Shown here in pieces: positions 7,414-17,327 of a stretch of DNA of 64,000 nt. How positions within the stretch are numbered: the first letter of the stretch is position 1; every line of letters starts with the position of its first letter. The translations under genes and the position numbers were made by a program. The notes beneath the pieces are model-generated. The model saw only the letters and a list, made by a program, of their open reading frames with translations. It was not told the DNA's origin and made no database searches. The DNA comes from an uncultured Candidatus Saccharibacteria bacterium (lineage in GTDB: Bacteria > Patescibacteriota > Minisyncoccia > 2-02-FULL-40-12 > GWA2-44-9): NCBI GenBank assembly GCA_964491455.1, contig CAZBFM010000001.1, positions 215,229-279,228 of the forward strand, in the 5' to 3' direction.

Positions 7414-10410
7414 CTAGTGGTGCAACTGCAAGGCGCGCAGTTCGCAATAGCTACACTCCGAATCATTGCATCGTTGATTCCAAAATGAAAGAGCTTGAAT
7501 TTCCTTGGCGACTCTGACGATGTCCGCTGCAAGCACAGTAGCCATTTCAGGAGTCACCGCAAATCGCTCGCGATGCCACTTCCCCTTAGCGTCCGGTTCA
7601 ACAAAATCAATCACTCCTTCGCTCATGCGATACTTCCCTCCCTGGAAGCGATCGAGTAGCAGTTTGTAGAATATGAGTTGGCGCATGTAGTTGCCATCTC
7701 CATCTTTCACTGCACCGATAATCTGATTTCTTGTTTTTGGCTTGCCGGTTTTATAATCTACAACAATTACACTTCCTGATGCGTCAATCAGCTCCACTTT
7801 GTCTATCTTTCCATTAATGAGCACACCCTCCGTAAGTTCAACGGCAGGGACACGAAGTTGATTCAGCACGGTGGGTTTCCATGTAGCACTATACGTATCA
7901 TAGTAGCCTTCCAGCGCTGCGCGCCCCCTCGAAAGTGCAACGTCGAGCTGTGGCTTTTGAAGCGGCTGATGCCGAATAAAGTCTTCGAAAAGCGCTACAA
8001 GACTTTCGCGAGTGCCAGTCATGCCACTCGCGAAGCGGTTAAAGAACTCTTCAAGAGCTCGATCGACGGCATTACCATACATGAGGGCGAACGCGGGAGC
8101 TTCAGGTATCCGAAGTAAATTGGTGTAAAAATATTTCCAGGGACACTTTAAATAGTTATTGAGCGCCGTCACAGACAAGCCGTGTCGCGCAAATAACTCA
8201 TTCAGAAACTCCTTGTCGGCTCCCAGCGGTATGGTCGGGGGTGACGCCTGATACCGTATTGCCCCCTCCTCAAGCCAACGACCCTCAATCTCTGCGGTAT
8301 CAATGTATGCGAGAAGTCCTGGATTAATATCGGCTATGTATTGTGTTGGGAGCGACTCTGATCCCGCACTGTCGCGAAGGCTATACGAAAGCACTATCTG
8401 TTTTCTCGCACGGGTGAGGGCGACATAAAAGATATTTCGCTCTTCGTCGTCATTGATAGAACTTGGCGGGGTGTCGAAGCGTTGTTTTTGGAAAAGTGCC
8501 ACGGGAAGACGAAGAAGCTCTCGACGCTGTCGCGAACCCCAATGACCATCGATAGCGTCTATAATATAGACATAATCGAACTCCATGCCCTTGCTCTTAT
8601 GAGCGGTCATGACGCGAACACGACCCGGGAGGGATGTGCCAGTATGCGACGAGAGGGCAATACCGTGTTCGCGTAGGAAATCAATGTGCTCCGCAAATTG
8701 CCGAAGTGTGATAGTGCGGTCGCGCTGTATTCTTGAACGGAGCAAATCATACAGATCGTGAAGCCTCGCGAGCGTGTCTGGTGCTCGAGCACTCGAAATG
8801 ATCCCTCCCAGTAATCCGGTTTCGCGAATAATTCGCTCGAGAGTCTGCGCCGCCTCTGGTTGTTCGGCGTCTCGCGACCATGACGCAAAATAGGCTGATA
8901 GCTTTGTCAGTGTTTCGATTCCTTCGATGCCCGCGTCACGAAGTAACATGCTTGAGCGAATAACATCGTATGGATTGCGCCCTTGCCGACAAAACTCGGT
9001 GAGTTTGTAGATGTCGAGTGGGTCCACGCCAAGCGTCGGAGCGTGAAGCGCAACCAGGAGGGGTCCAGGAGAGCCAAAATTTCGAATTGCATCGATGATG
9101 CGAATGAGCTGGTGAAGATATGGATCTGCCAACAGATCCTGTTGCGTAGAGAGCGTATAAGGAACTGAAAGCTTCTGCAAGAATTCACTCATTGCGACGG
9201 CATCCGAATTATCTCGAGTCAGTATGGCGATTGACTCAGGTTTCACGCCTGCTTGCAGTCGAGATCGAATATGTTCGGCTATGCTCCAATATTCGACATC
9301 TGGTCCACTCAATGCAAGCACGTGAACCAAGGCATTATCATGACCAGCCTGCGCCGTAAGAGCTCCGTCTTCACCTGGGCGAATCCCCTCAGCAGCATCC
9401 AAAATAAGCTGGCTTGAGCGATAGTTATCTCGTAGCGCAATAAGCTTCACATCTGGATACAAGGATTTAAAATAGAGGAAGTTCTCAAGTGATGCTCCCT
9501 GGAAGCGATAAATTGCTTGCTTTGCATCTCCCACAACGAACAGATTCGGACGTTGCCAAAATGAAGCAAGAAGTTCGATGATGCGATTTTGCGCATTATT
9601 CGTATCCTGATGCTCATCGACGAGTAAATACTGATGCTTCTCTTGCAGAATCAAGCGAAGCTCTTCATTCGTATCGAGTGCGCGGGCAACTTCCATTATC
9701 ATATCATTGAAGTCATACAGGCGCTGCACTCGAAGCATCTTCTGATATGCCTCGTAGAGAATCGCGAGTTCTCGTAGCTTCAAAATCTGCTTGAGCTGCT
9801 CTTGATATGCGCCCTTCATCTTTCCTTTGTGAGCTCCTTTTTCGTGATACAAATCAACCGCGTTTACGATCGCGCTCTCCTCGCTGGCAGCCACCGCTAC
9901 CACACGATCGCACCCCACTCCTTCCCGCTTGAGTCTATTTATGGAGCTGATAACTGCTTTGAGATACAAATCTGGAGCATTGACAGGTCGTAAGAGCTCA
10001 ATACCTGCAGTCGTATTAATCAGTTCCTGTAGTAGTACCGCCTGATCAGACTCAGTAATCGATGCCGCGCCTGCAAGCACGCTCAGCGCTTCGGGGTACT
10101 CTTGAATAACTGAATTACAATACGCGTGGAACGTCGTCACTGAAACGCGATACGCGTCAGTGCCTATTATAGCGGCCAAACGACCTCTCATCTCAGCCAC
10201 CCCCGACTCCGTAAACGTCAATGCCAAAATCGCTTCAGGGGGCGTATCCGTTCTAAGTAGAATCGCAGCAATGCGAAGTGTGAGGATTTTTGTTTTGCCC
10301 GTTCCAGGTCCCGCAATTACCATGACTGGACCATCGATAACATCGACAGCCTCGCGTTGGCGATCATTTAATTGAGCGTAGAGTGCGTCAAATGCATCAG
10401 TTCTCGACAT
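7414..10410 (-). CDS. UvrD/PcrA-family helicase fused to a C-terminal PD-(D/E)XK nuclease with Cys cluster (AddA/AddB-like single-chain helicase-nuclease)
   Basis: 998 aa; Walker A AGPGTGKTK, UvrD motifs; C-terminus has DYKTGKP (E/D-x-K) and CNDSECSYCELRAL cysteines. Confidence 0.8.
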   Translation of the reverse strand: MSRTDAFDALYAQLNDRQREAVDVIDGPVMVIAGPGTGKTKILTLRIAAILLRTDTPPEAILALTFTESGVAEMRGRLAAIIGTDAYRVSVTTFHAYCNSVIQEYPEALSVLAGAASITESDQAVLLQELINTTAGIELLRPVNAPDLYLKAVISSINRLKREGVGCDRVVAVAASEESAIVNAVDLYHEKGAHKGKMKGAYQEQLKQILKLRELAILYEAYQKMLRVQRLYDFNDMIMEVARALDTNEELRLILQEKHQYLLVDEHQDTNNAQNRIIELLASFWQRPNLFVVGDAKQAIYRFQGASLENFLYFKSLYPDVKLIALRDNYRSSQLILDAAEGIRPGEDGALTAQAGHDNALVHVLALSGPDVEYWSIAEHIRSRLQAGVKPESIAILTRDNSDAVAMSEFLQKLSVPYTLSTQQDLLADPYLHQLIRIIDAIRNFGSPGPLLVALHAPTLGVDPLDIYKLTEFCRQGRNPYDVIRSSMLLRDAGIEGIETLTKLSAYFASWSRDAEQPEAAQTLERIIRETGLLGGIISSARAPDTLARLHDLYDLLRSRIQRDRTITLRQFAEHIDFLREHGIALSSHTGTSLPGRVRVMTAHKSKGMEFDYVYIIDAIDGHWGSRQRRELLRLPVALFQKQRFDTPPSSINDDEERNIFYVALTRARKQIVLSYSLRDSAGSESLPTQYIADINPGLLAYIDTAEIEGRWLEEGAIRYQASPPTIPLGADKEFLNELFARHGLSVTALNNYLKCPWKYFYTNLLRIPEAPAFALMYGNAVDRALEEFFNRFASGMTGTRESLVALFEDFIRHQPLQKPQLDVALSRGRAALEGYYDTYSATWKPTVLNQLRVPAVELTEGVLINGKIDKVELIDASGSVIVVDYKTGKPKTRNQIIGAVKDGDGNYMRQLIFYKLLLDRFQGGKYRMSEGVIDFVEPDAKGKWHRERFAVTPEMATVLAADIVRVAKEIQALSFWNQRCNDSECSYCELRALQLHH

Positions 10411-10492
10411 ATGCTCAATTGTACATATTTATATACATCAACGCGAACGCGCCGTACGTTGCGTATCAGAGGAGTCGAGAGCGAGGCGTGTG

Positions 10493-11491
10493 CTAGAGGT
10501 GCTCACTGGTATCGGTGCGCGATGCGTCGAGCGTTTCATTGCTCAGGTAGCGCTCAACGATGAGTCGGGTTTCATGTGCTGTTTTTGATTCCATTAACTT
10601 CGCGCGCAGATTTGCCGCACCTGGCCAGCCTGACGCATACACTTTGTAGAATTTCTTCATCAGATCAAATGACTTAATGCCGTCCCACTGCGCAATCCAT
10701 GCGTCCGTGTGAGCGAGGAGTAAGTACAGACGTTCTCGAGGTGTCCGCGCTTGATTATCGAGCGCATGAAATAGCCAGGGATCGTGAAATATACCACGCC
10801 CGACCATGTATCCATCGACGCCATACTGCTCAGCTAAACACCTGCCCTGCTTCGCTGACAACACATCGCCGTTGCCGACGCAGAGGATGTTAGCGTCATG
10901 CGCCATCACAGCTGCACGTCCGATATAATCCCAATGCGCAGGAACTTTACTCATCTCCTTTACCGTGCGTCCGTGGACAATCAGTACATCGGGGTGTGCT
11001 TTGAGAATGGAAGGTATCCATGTGTCCATCTCACCAAGATCATGCATGCCAAGACGAGTCTTAACCGCAACGGGCAAATCAATCGCCCCCTCCCTTGTTG
11101 CCGCTATAAGATCCTGCGCTAGCGAGGGATTGCGAATAAGTGCCGCACCGGCTCCTTGTTTTAGTATCGACCGGACGGGACAGCCCATGTTTAGATCAAC
11201 ACCATCGAAACCTAGTTGTCTCGCAAGAGTACCTGCCTGAAATAGGTGCTCGGGATTTGTTCCAAAAAACTGCGCGACAATGGGACGTTCATTTTCAGAT
11301 CGAGCAAGATCAAGCAAGAGACGCGAGCGACCTTCTGAGGCTAACCCATGAGCAGACACGAACTCGGTGTAGAATACGTCGGGTCGTCCACAGCGCGAGA
11401 CAATGGAGCGAAACGCCTTATCAGTGACATCCGCCATTGGGGCTAAAACTGAAAATGGCTTCCGAAGATCTTTCCAAAAATGCTCCGTCAT
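10493..11491 (-). CDS. dus: tRNA-dihydrouridine synthase
   Basis: TIM-barrel Dus family: LAPMADVTDKAFR, GVDLNMGCP, catalytic-loop similarity; start taken at MTEHFWKDL. Confidence 0.85.
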   Translation of the reverse strand: MTEHFWKDLRKPFSVLAPMADVTDKAFRSIVSRCGRPDVFYTEFVSAHGLASEGRSRLLLDLARSENERPIVAQFFGTNPEHLFQAGTLARQLGFDGVDLNMGCPVRSILKQGAGAALIRNPSLAQDLIAATREGAIDLPVAVKTRLGMHDLGEMDTWIPSILKAHPDVLIVHGRTVKEMSKVPAHWDYIGRAAVMAHDANILCVGNGDVLSAKQGRCLAEQYGVDGYMVGRGIFHDPWLFHALDNQARTPRERLYLLLAHTDAWIAQWDGIKSFDLMKKFYKVYASGWPGAANLRAKLMESKTAHETRLIVERYLSNETLDASRTDTSEHL

Positions 11492-11492
11492 A

Positions 11493-11903
11493 TTAGGCAA
11501 GATGAGGACCACGACCGTTCCCTGAGATAGCATTCGGCTGAAGCTGAATGCGTCGCGAACCCAGAGCTACCCCGTCGAGCGATGCGTGAAAGGAGTATGC
11601 CCCATATGCAGTAAATTTGACCTGTTCGAAGTTTGCGATGATCTGCCAGTTACCAGATGTGGTACGCACAGGAAGCTCTGCATGTGTCACCAGGACATTA
11701 TTGGGGTCGCGGATATCCGCCTGAAGAATATGCTCGCCAGACACGTCGATGTCGAAGTTTACGACGATAGCAAAGCGTGGATACACGAATGGAAGCGCTG
11801 CCGCATTTAGATGCGTAAAAATACCAATTAAGTTTAAGTTATTCGTCCCCTCCTGTAGAAATGCCTCACGACACACAATGATAAATTGGGGAACTACAGT
11901 CAT
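11493..11903 (-). CDS. Hypothetical protein
   Basis: 136 aa; no recognisable family; exactly fills the gap between alaS and dus (2-4 nt junctions), which supports that it is translated. Confidence 0.4.
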   Translation of the reverse strand: MTVVPQFIIVCREAFLQEGTNNLNLIGIFTHLNAAALPFVYPRFAIVVNFDIDVSGEHILQADIRDPNNVLVTHAELPVRTTSGNWQIIANFEQVKFTAYGAYSFHASLDGVALGSRRIQLQPNAISGNGRGPHLA

Positions 11904-13663
11904 GCTTCAATGACGGCTTTAATTCTTCGAATGCCAGATGAAACCGCCTCCTCTTTCGTGATTTTAAAATGACCGATGGCACCAGTGTGAGTAACATGTG
12001 GTCCACCACAAAACTCCCTGCTGATAACCAATCCCGATTGAGGATCTTCCACGGTGTACACCGACACAGTGTCGCCGTACTTCTCACCAAACGCACCTAG
12101 TGCTCCGAGATCCAGTGCGCGCTGCTTGGGCATCATTTCGTGATTGACTGGCAAATCACGAGCAATCCATCCATTCACGAGCTCCTCCACGTGAGCCAAC
12201 TCCTCGATCGTCATTTTGGTCGTATGCGAAAAATCGAATCGAGTGCGTTCTGCATTAATATTACTACCCTTCTGAATAACGTGCGCTCCCAAGACGTCGC
12301 GTAGCGCCTTGTGTAGTAAGTGAGTGGCAGTGTGATATCGAACGACGATTTCAGAGTGATCCGCAAGGCCGCCCTTAAAAGTTCCAGCTGATGACGTCCT
12401 CGAAAGATCTTTGTGCTTTGTGAAGGCAAGCTCAAATTGAGCACGATCCGGGTGCTTATCATTGTTGCGTGCAAGCTCATAGGTTAATTCCCATGGAAAC
12501 CCAAACGTCTGATAGAGATTGAACGCTGCCTCACCGTCGACAATCTCCAGTTTTGCAAATTCACGGAGTCCTTTCTCAAGTGTGGCTATAAATTTCTGCG
12601 CTTCCGCTGCGATGATGCGTCGAATGGTCTCTTCGCTCGCTTGCAATTCAGGGTATGCATCGCCCATGCACTCGACACAAGCGGATAGCACTGCAACGTG
12701 CCAATCCGCATGCATCCCTAGCTGGCGCCCGAAAACAAGTGCGCGGCGCAGCAATCGGCGTAGTACATATCCACGATCCTTGTTTGCGGGTTCAACACCA
12801 TCGGCAATAATAAATGCGCTCGAACGAATGTGGTCCACAATGACACGTAGCATTTTTTCCGTATCAGAATGTTGTATCATCACGTGCTGCCGCGCAACTT
12901 GTAATAGAGGCACAAAAAGCTCAGTCTCAAATACTGATTGCTTTCCGGTCAATACGGTCAATGTGCGTTCAAGTCCCATCCCGGTATCAACATTTGGTTT
13001 GGATAGTTTTTCGTAGGAGCCAGTTTCTGTTTTGCGATACTGCATAAACACGTCATTCCAAATTTCTACCCATCGGGAATCCGCTGGGTCAAACTGTTCG
13101 GGTACGGGGGTTTGATGATCAATCCAATAGAACATCTCCGTGTCAGGACCGCAGGGTCCAGTTTGTCCCGCTGGACCCCACCAGTTGTTCTCTCGTGGAA
13201 GAAATGCAATGCGGCTAGCAGAAACACCCAAGGATTTCCAGATATTCGCAGACTCCTCGTCTTTTGGAGCCGTCTCATCTCCCGCAAAACATGAAAAAGC
13301 TAATCTCTCCTGGGGTATTCCAAGCCACTGCGGCGACGTTAGGAATTCGAAACTCCAGCGAATCGCGTCTTCCTTAAAATAGTCGCCGAGCGACCAGTTG
13401 CCCATCATCTCAAAAAAGGTCAAATGGGTTGCATCGCCAACTTCATCGATATCACCCGTTCGTATGCACTTCTGCACATTCACTATCCGCGTTCCCGCTG
13501 GGTGGGGTTCGCCCAATAAGTACGGAACGAGTGGGTGCATGCCGGCGGTAGTAAAGAGCACCGTAGGATCGTTCACGGGTACAAGAGGTGCCGAAGGAAC
13601 CACAGTGTGACCTTTGGAGACGAAGAAGTCGAGGTAGAGTTTTCGAAGCTCTGCATGTGTCAT
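11900..13663 (-). CDS. alaS: Alanine--tRNA ligase, short form (catalytic + editing core, no C-Ala domain)
   Basis: 587 aa; class II aaRS AlaRS N-terminus (LRKLYLDFF...TTAGMHP), editing-domain H-x-x-x-H and CGGPHV motifs present; ends about 290 aa earlier than canonical AlaS. Confidence 0.9.
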   Translation of the reverse strand: MTHAELRKLYLDFFVSKGHTVVPSAPLVPVNDPTVLFTTAGMHPLVPYLLGEPHPAGTRIVNVQKCIRTGDIDEVGDATHLTFFEMMGNWSLGDYFKEDAIRWSFEFLTSPQWLGIPQERLAFSCFAGDETAPKDEESANIWKSLGVSASRIAFLPRENNWWGPAGQTGPCGPDTEMFYWIDHQTPVPEQFDPADSRWVEIWNDVFMQYRKTETGSYEKLSKPNVDTGMGLERTLTVLTGKQSVFETELFVPLLQVARQHVMIQHSDTEKMLRVIVDHIRSSAFIIADGVEPANKDRGYVLRRLLRRALVFGRQLGMHADWHVAVLSACVECMGDAYPELQASEETIRRIIAAEAQKFIATLEKGLREFAKLEIVDGEAAFNLYQTFGFPWELTYELARNNDKHPDRAQFELAFTKHKDLSRTSSAGTFKGGLADHSEIVVRYHTATHLLHKALRDVLGAHVIQKGSNINAERTRFDFSHTTKMTIEELAHVEELVNGWIARDLPVNHEMMPKQRALDLGALGAFGEKYGDTVSVYTVEDPQSGLVISREFCGGPHVTHTGAIGHFKITKEEAVSSGIRRIKAVIEA

Positions 13664-13720
13664 GGAGCGTATCGTACAACAAAAAACTCCCTCCGGCTAG
13701 AGAGAGTATGCACGACCCAC

Positions 13721-14275
13721 TTAGATTCTGATGATGCTGCCACGACTAGTCCCAGCGTACTCGACGGACCTGCCGATGAACCTACCCCATAACTTCCATG
13801 TAATCATACGAACATACGTATGACTACAGTTATCCTTAATCCGTGCCTGCCCTCGCCACGGAGTCACGTCCGCCCAAACGGTTACTCTGCGCAATCCCGG
13901 GAAACGCTCCATTGTTGCGTAGAGGGAGTGCGCGTATTTGTCTGAGCCATCGCAGGTGACCAGGCTGTTCGCTTTCCGCACGTTTCGAAGTACGTACGTA
14001 GGGTATCGCATCGTGCACGCATCACAGCCAAACGCCCGTGAATGAATGCGCAGATGATTACTCCAAGCATTCCGCATCGCCGCGAGGCCGCGCTTACCGT
14101 ATCCGTCAACTCGGGAAAGGAAGTGATATCGCAGCGCGCCTCGTGCATCTCCCATGGTGGCGGTGACGGGAACGGATTTCGCTTTGTACTCCTCGCAGAT
14201 ATCCTCAATATCCTCCTTGCAAGCAAACGGATTGAAATACGTCATCACTAAACGAATCCAATAGTGCAGTGGCAC
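13721..14275 (-). CDS. Hypothetical Cys/His-rich protein
   Basis: 184 aa; several C/H pairs (CDAC, CDGS, H-x-H); no family recognised. Confidence 0.35.
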   Translation of the reverse strand: MPLHYWIRLVMTYFNPFACKEDIEDICEEYKAKSVPVTATMGDARGALRYHFLSRVDGYGKRGLAAMRNAWSNHLRIHSRAFGCDACTMRYPTYVLRNVRKANSLVTCDGSDKYAHSLYATMERFPGLRRVTVWADVTPWRGQARIKDNCSHTYVRMITWKLWGRFIGRSVEYAGTSRGSIIRI

Positions 14276-14308
14276 GGGTAACGCTCCTTCTAAAATACGT
14301 TACCGCAA

Positions 14309-14608
14309 TTATGACTTCTGGTCAAGCTTGTCCAGACCAAGCAGATGCACCCCAATATAGACAACGGCGGATACGACGACAAAATCGATGCTCACCGAAA
14401 CGAAATCTCCCCACTTAATTATCGCGGAACCCAACGACCAAGTTGCATCTTTGAGATCACCAACCTTGTTGAGCAAAATACCCAAGATCGGGTTTACAAT
14501 ATCCACGACCAAAGCACTTACAAACTTGGATACAGCACCTCCAAGAATAAAACCAACAGCAAGTCCGACAACTCCTTGTTTTCTGACGAATTCAATAAAT
14601 CCATTCAT
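14309..14608 (-). CDS. mscL: Large-conductance mechanosensitive channel MscL
   Basis: MNGFIEFVRKQGVVGLAVGFILGGAVSKFVSALVVDIVNPILG matches the MscL TM1 signature; start at internal Met. Confidence 0.85.
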   Translation of the reverse strand: MNGFIEFVRKQGVVGLAVGFILGGAVSKFVSALVVDIVNPILGILLNKVGDLKDATWSLGSAIIKWGDFVSVSIDFVVVSAVVYIGVHLLGLDKLDQKS

Positions 14609-14743
14609 AGTGATAGTTATGGGAGGTTCGAAGACACGACGCCCCATAGCCAGTGTAACACGAAGACCCAGCAAGTGATTGCGGAGGTGAATATGAATAT
14701 CCAAAACCGCGCAAATTTCTTTTCATCATCGGCGAGTGCCATA

Positions 14744-15208
14744 TCAGCGACTGTACCAATCGTACGGTAAAATACCAGTCGTCGTGGACTTGGGCGTCAC
14801 TTCGACCGATATACGGGAGTGATCCGTGCAATGCGCAGCCAGCCCACAGGTGACGTAGTTCGAATAGTAGGCACGATAGTCGCCGAGGTCACTACCAAGC
14901 GACTGCGGATCACGGACGCGAGCGTACACGTAATACTCCCCTTCAGGGACGCTAAGGCTCCATTGCGGAATGAGCTCTTCTGCATCGCCCGCCGAGACGG
15001 TGACGCATGTTTGCTTATTCGAACCAATTGCTTCGGCGCACACTATTTGCTCCGGAATGTATTCGCCCGGATAATTTGTCGATCCCTCAATGACGCCCAT
15101 CGAGCTTGATATATTTGGAACGGTCGACAGACCATACCACAGCATGCACCCCACCACGACAATACCAAGTGACACCTTGAGAGAATATGTAAGGAGTTCT
15201 GGAGTCAT
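14744..15208 (-). CDS. Hypothetical N-terminally anchored/secreted protein
   Basis: 154 aa; N-terminal hydrophobic helix then Cys-containing soluble domain. Confidence 0.4.
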   Translation of the reverse strand: MTPELLTYSLKVSLGIVVVGCMLWYGLSTVPNISSSMGVIEGSTNYPGEYIPEQIVCAEAIGSNKQTCVTVSAGDAEELIPQWSLSVPEGEYYVYARVRDPQSLGSDLGDYRAYYSNYVTCGLAAHCTDHSRISVEVTPKSTTTGILPYDWYSR

Positions 15209-15261
15209 TGCGAAGATGAAGGAATTCTGTTATAATTTCAGTGGATTAGCAAGCTTTACAT

Positions 15262-15335
15262 GGGGATTATGGTGAAGCGGTTATCACAGCGCTCTGTGGC
15301 AGCGCGGTCACGGGTTCGATTCCCGTTAATCCCCC
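15262..15335 (+). tRNA. tRNA-His (GTG) with encoded G-1 and 8-bp acceptor stem
   Basis: Hand-folded cloverleaf: acceptor GGGGATTA/TAATCCCC, D stem GTGA/TCAC, anticodon stem GCGCT/AGCGC, loop CTGTGGC, T arm ACGGG-TTCGATT-CCCGT; no CCA encoded. Confidence 0.75.
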
Positions 15336-15342
15336 ACAAGTA

Positions 15343-16437
15343 TTAGTTCAGGTCACGTCCTACTGCTTCCCCAATGGATGCATAGCCGTCACGGTGCAGA
15401 AGCTCAACAAGACCATAGTTCAGCTGACCGACAAGCTGCGGCCCTCGATAGACCATGCCGGTGATGAGTTGAACCAGGGAAGCACCATGACAAATCTTTT
15501 TGTACGCATCCTCTGCTGTAAATACGCCCCCAACGCCAATGAGCACTTTTTCGCCGCGAGTTATGCGAGCGATACGTTCTAGTTGTGCGTCGGCGAGGGG
15601 CCGGACGATCTTCCCTGATACTCCGCCTCTACCCGGAGTGCTCCCTTTGTAAGCTTTCGTCAGATTGGTGCAGATAAAACCAGTAACACCCTTTCCTGAA
15701 GAGCGCTCGATGAGCTGCTCTAATTCTCGGCCATCAAGATCTGGGGAAAGCTTTACAAATACGGGCTGGCGCAAGTCTAGGTCATCAGCAGCAGAGAGCA
15801 GCTCCGAAAAAAGTACCGGGTCCGTAAATGGCTGCCCGCCAAATGCATTCGGGCAACTGATATTCAGCGTAAAGTATGCGGCTGAATCACGAAACGCATG
15901 TAATACCTTGCAATAATCCGCGATAGCATCCTCACGTGATACTACGAACGGACTATTGGTCTTCGCGGCGCTGATGCCAAGGGCAATGCGTTGTTGCACG
16001 CCGGCGAATCGCGGCGCAATCTCATCAGCCCCATCATTCATAAGTCCATAATGCACCTGCAACGCCTGCTCCTTTGGCATGCGCCACAGTCGAGGCTTGC
16101 TATTGCCAGCACATTGCTGACCAGTAATCGATCCGATCTCCGCAAATCCGAACCCGACATCGGGAAGGATGTTGCACAAGAGAGCATTTTTATCGAAGCC
16201 GGCAGCGAGACCAATTGGATTCCTAAAATTGATACCTGCGATAGTTGAGCGGAGGGCTGGGTGGTCGAAGGAGAATGCACATCGTGTTACGAATCTCCCA
16301 AGACGATACTCGCCAAGAAGCGATCCAAGCCTTGTCGCCGCGTCATGGACGTCCTCTGGATTACGACGAAATGCTATCGGCTTTAGTATGCGTCGGTAGA
16401 GTTGAGCGCAAAGCAATGAATGATTGCCGTAAGCCAT
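15343..16437 (-). CDS. pyrD: Dihydroorotate dehydrogenase (quinone), class 2
   Basis: 364 aa; FMN TIM-barrel motifs GLAAGFDKN, GFGFAEIGSIT, VGGV...; class-2 N-terminal extension. Confidence 0.85.
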   Translation of the reverse strand: MAYGNHSLLCAQLYRRILKPIAFRRNPEDVHDAATRLGSLLGEYRLGRFVTRCAFSFDHPALRSTIAGINFRNPIGLAAGFDKNALLCNILPDVGFGFAEIGSITGQQCAGNSKPRLWRMPKEQALQVHYGLMNDGADEIAPRFAGVQQRIALGISAAKTNSPFVVSREDAIADYCKVLHAFRDSAAYFTLNISCPNAFGGQPFTDPVLFSELLSAADDLDLRQPVFVKLSPDLDGRELEQLIERSSGKGVTGFICTNLTKAYKGSTPGRGGVSGKIVRPLADAQLERIARITRGEKVLIGVGGVFTAEDAYKKICHGASLVQLITGMVYRGPQLVGQLNYGLVELLHRDGYASIGEAVGRDLN

Positions 16438-16449
16438 ATGAAAATGCCA

Positions 16450-17310
16450 TCAGCCAAGCCAACGCGTAAATATACCCGTAGATATCATGCGGCCGCTCTT
16501 CTGCTGCAAGCACAACTGTCCAGCTTCGAGATTGCCAGCGCGAGATTGTATTGCATCTTCCAAGAGATTGTAGATGGCAAGCTCTGAAGTGTTTGTGGCA
16601 TACGCGTTGATAATCAGAAATTTTGCATTCGGTGATAGGAGTGAAACGCAATCTTGAATGAGCGCCGGCATATGTTCATTAAATTTCCAAATTTTGCCGG
16701 TTGGCGAATGCCCAAATGCCGGTGGATCCATAACGATGCCTTCGTATTGAGCGCCGCGTTTCACTTCATTCTTAACGAATTTTGCCGCATCCTCCAGCAT
16801 CCATCGAATGGAGTCGGGAGCGAGTCCGTTGAGCTCTTGGTTGTCTTTCGCCCACCCGATAGCAGGACGCGATGCATCGACATGTGTCACAAACGCACCC
16901 TGTTGCGTAAGCCACACCGACGCGGCGCCTGTATATGCAAAGAGGTTGAGTACTTTTGGCTTATCGAGACCTCGTAGCTGCTCGGACATGAGCTTCCAAT
17001 GAAATGCCTGCTCGGGAAATACCCCTGTATGTTTAAAGTTCATTGGCCTCACACGGAGCTTCATGGTTTCAAATGCGAGATCCCAGTGTTCAGGTAATTC
17101 ATCCTTCACCTGCCACGCGTCATCACGAAAGATCGCATTTGCACTCTCCCAGAGTTTCTCAGACTCCGAACGCATCCAAAAAGTTTGAGGATCGGGGCGT
17201 GCTAAAAGATAGGAATCCCATCGTTCAAGTCGGTAGCCGTCTCCCGAATCGAGCAGTTCAAAATCATGAAAACCCTGAGCACCATTCGTATACATATCCG
17301 TAGTGTACAT
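16450..17310 (-). CDS. Class I SAM-dependent RNA methyltransferase (RlmI/YccW-like)
   Basis: 286 aa; SAM-binding LNLFAYTGAASV and catalytic DPPAFG motifs. Confidence 0.7.
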   Translation of the reverse strand: MYTTDMYTNGAQGFHDFELLDSGDGYRLERWDSYLLARPDPQTFWMRSESEKLWESANAIFRDDAWQVKDELPEHWDLAFETMKLRVRPMNFKHTGVFPEQAFHWKLMSEQLRGLDKPKVLNLFAYTGAASVWLTQQGAFVTHVDASRPAIGWAKDNQELNGLAPDSIRWMLEDAAKFVKNEVKRGAQYEGIVMDPPAFGHSPTGKIWKFNEHMPALIQDCVSLLSPNAKFLIINAYATNTSELAIYNLLEDAIQSRAGNLEAGQLCLQQKSGRMISTGIFTRWLG

Positions 17311-17327
17311 GAGCTACCCCATTCTTG

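Noticed and set aside
12519-13016. 165-aa plus-strand ORF inside alaS
   Set aside because: Antisense to a strongly supported aaRS gene; Ser/Ala/Arg-rich; no start context.
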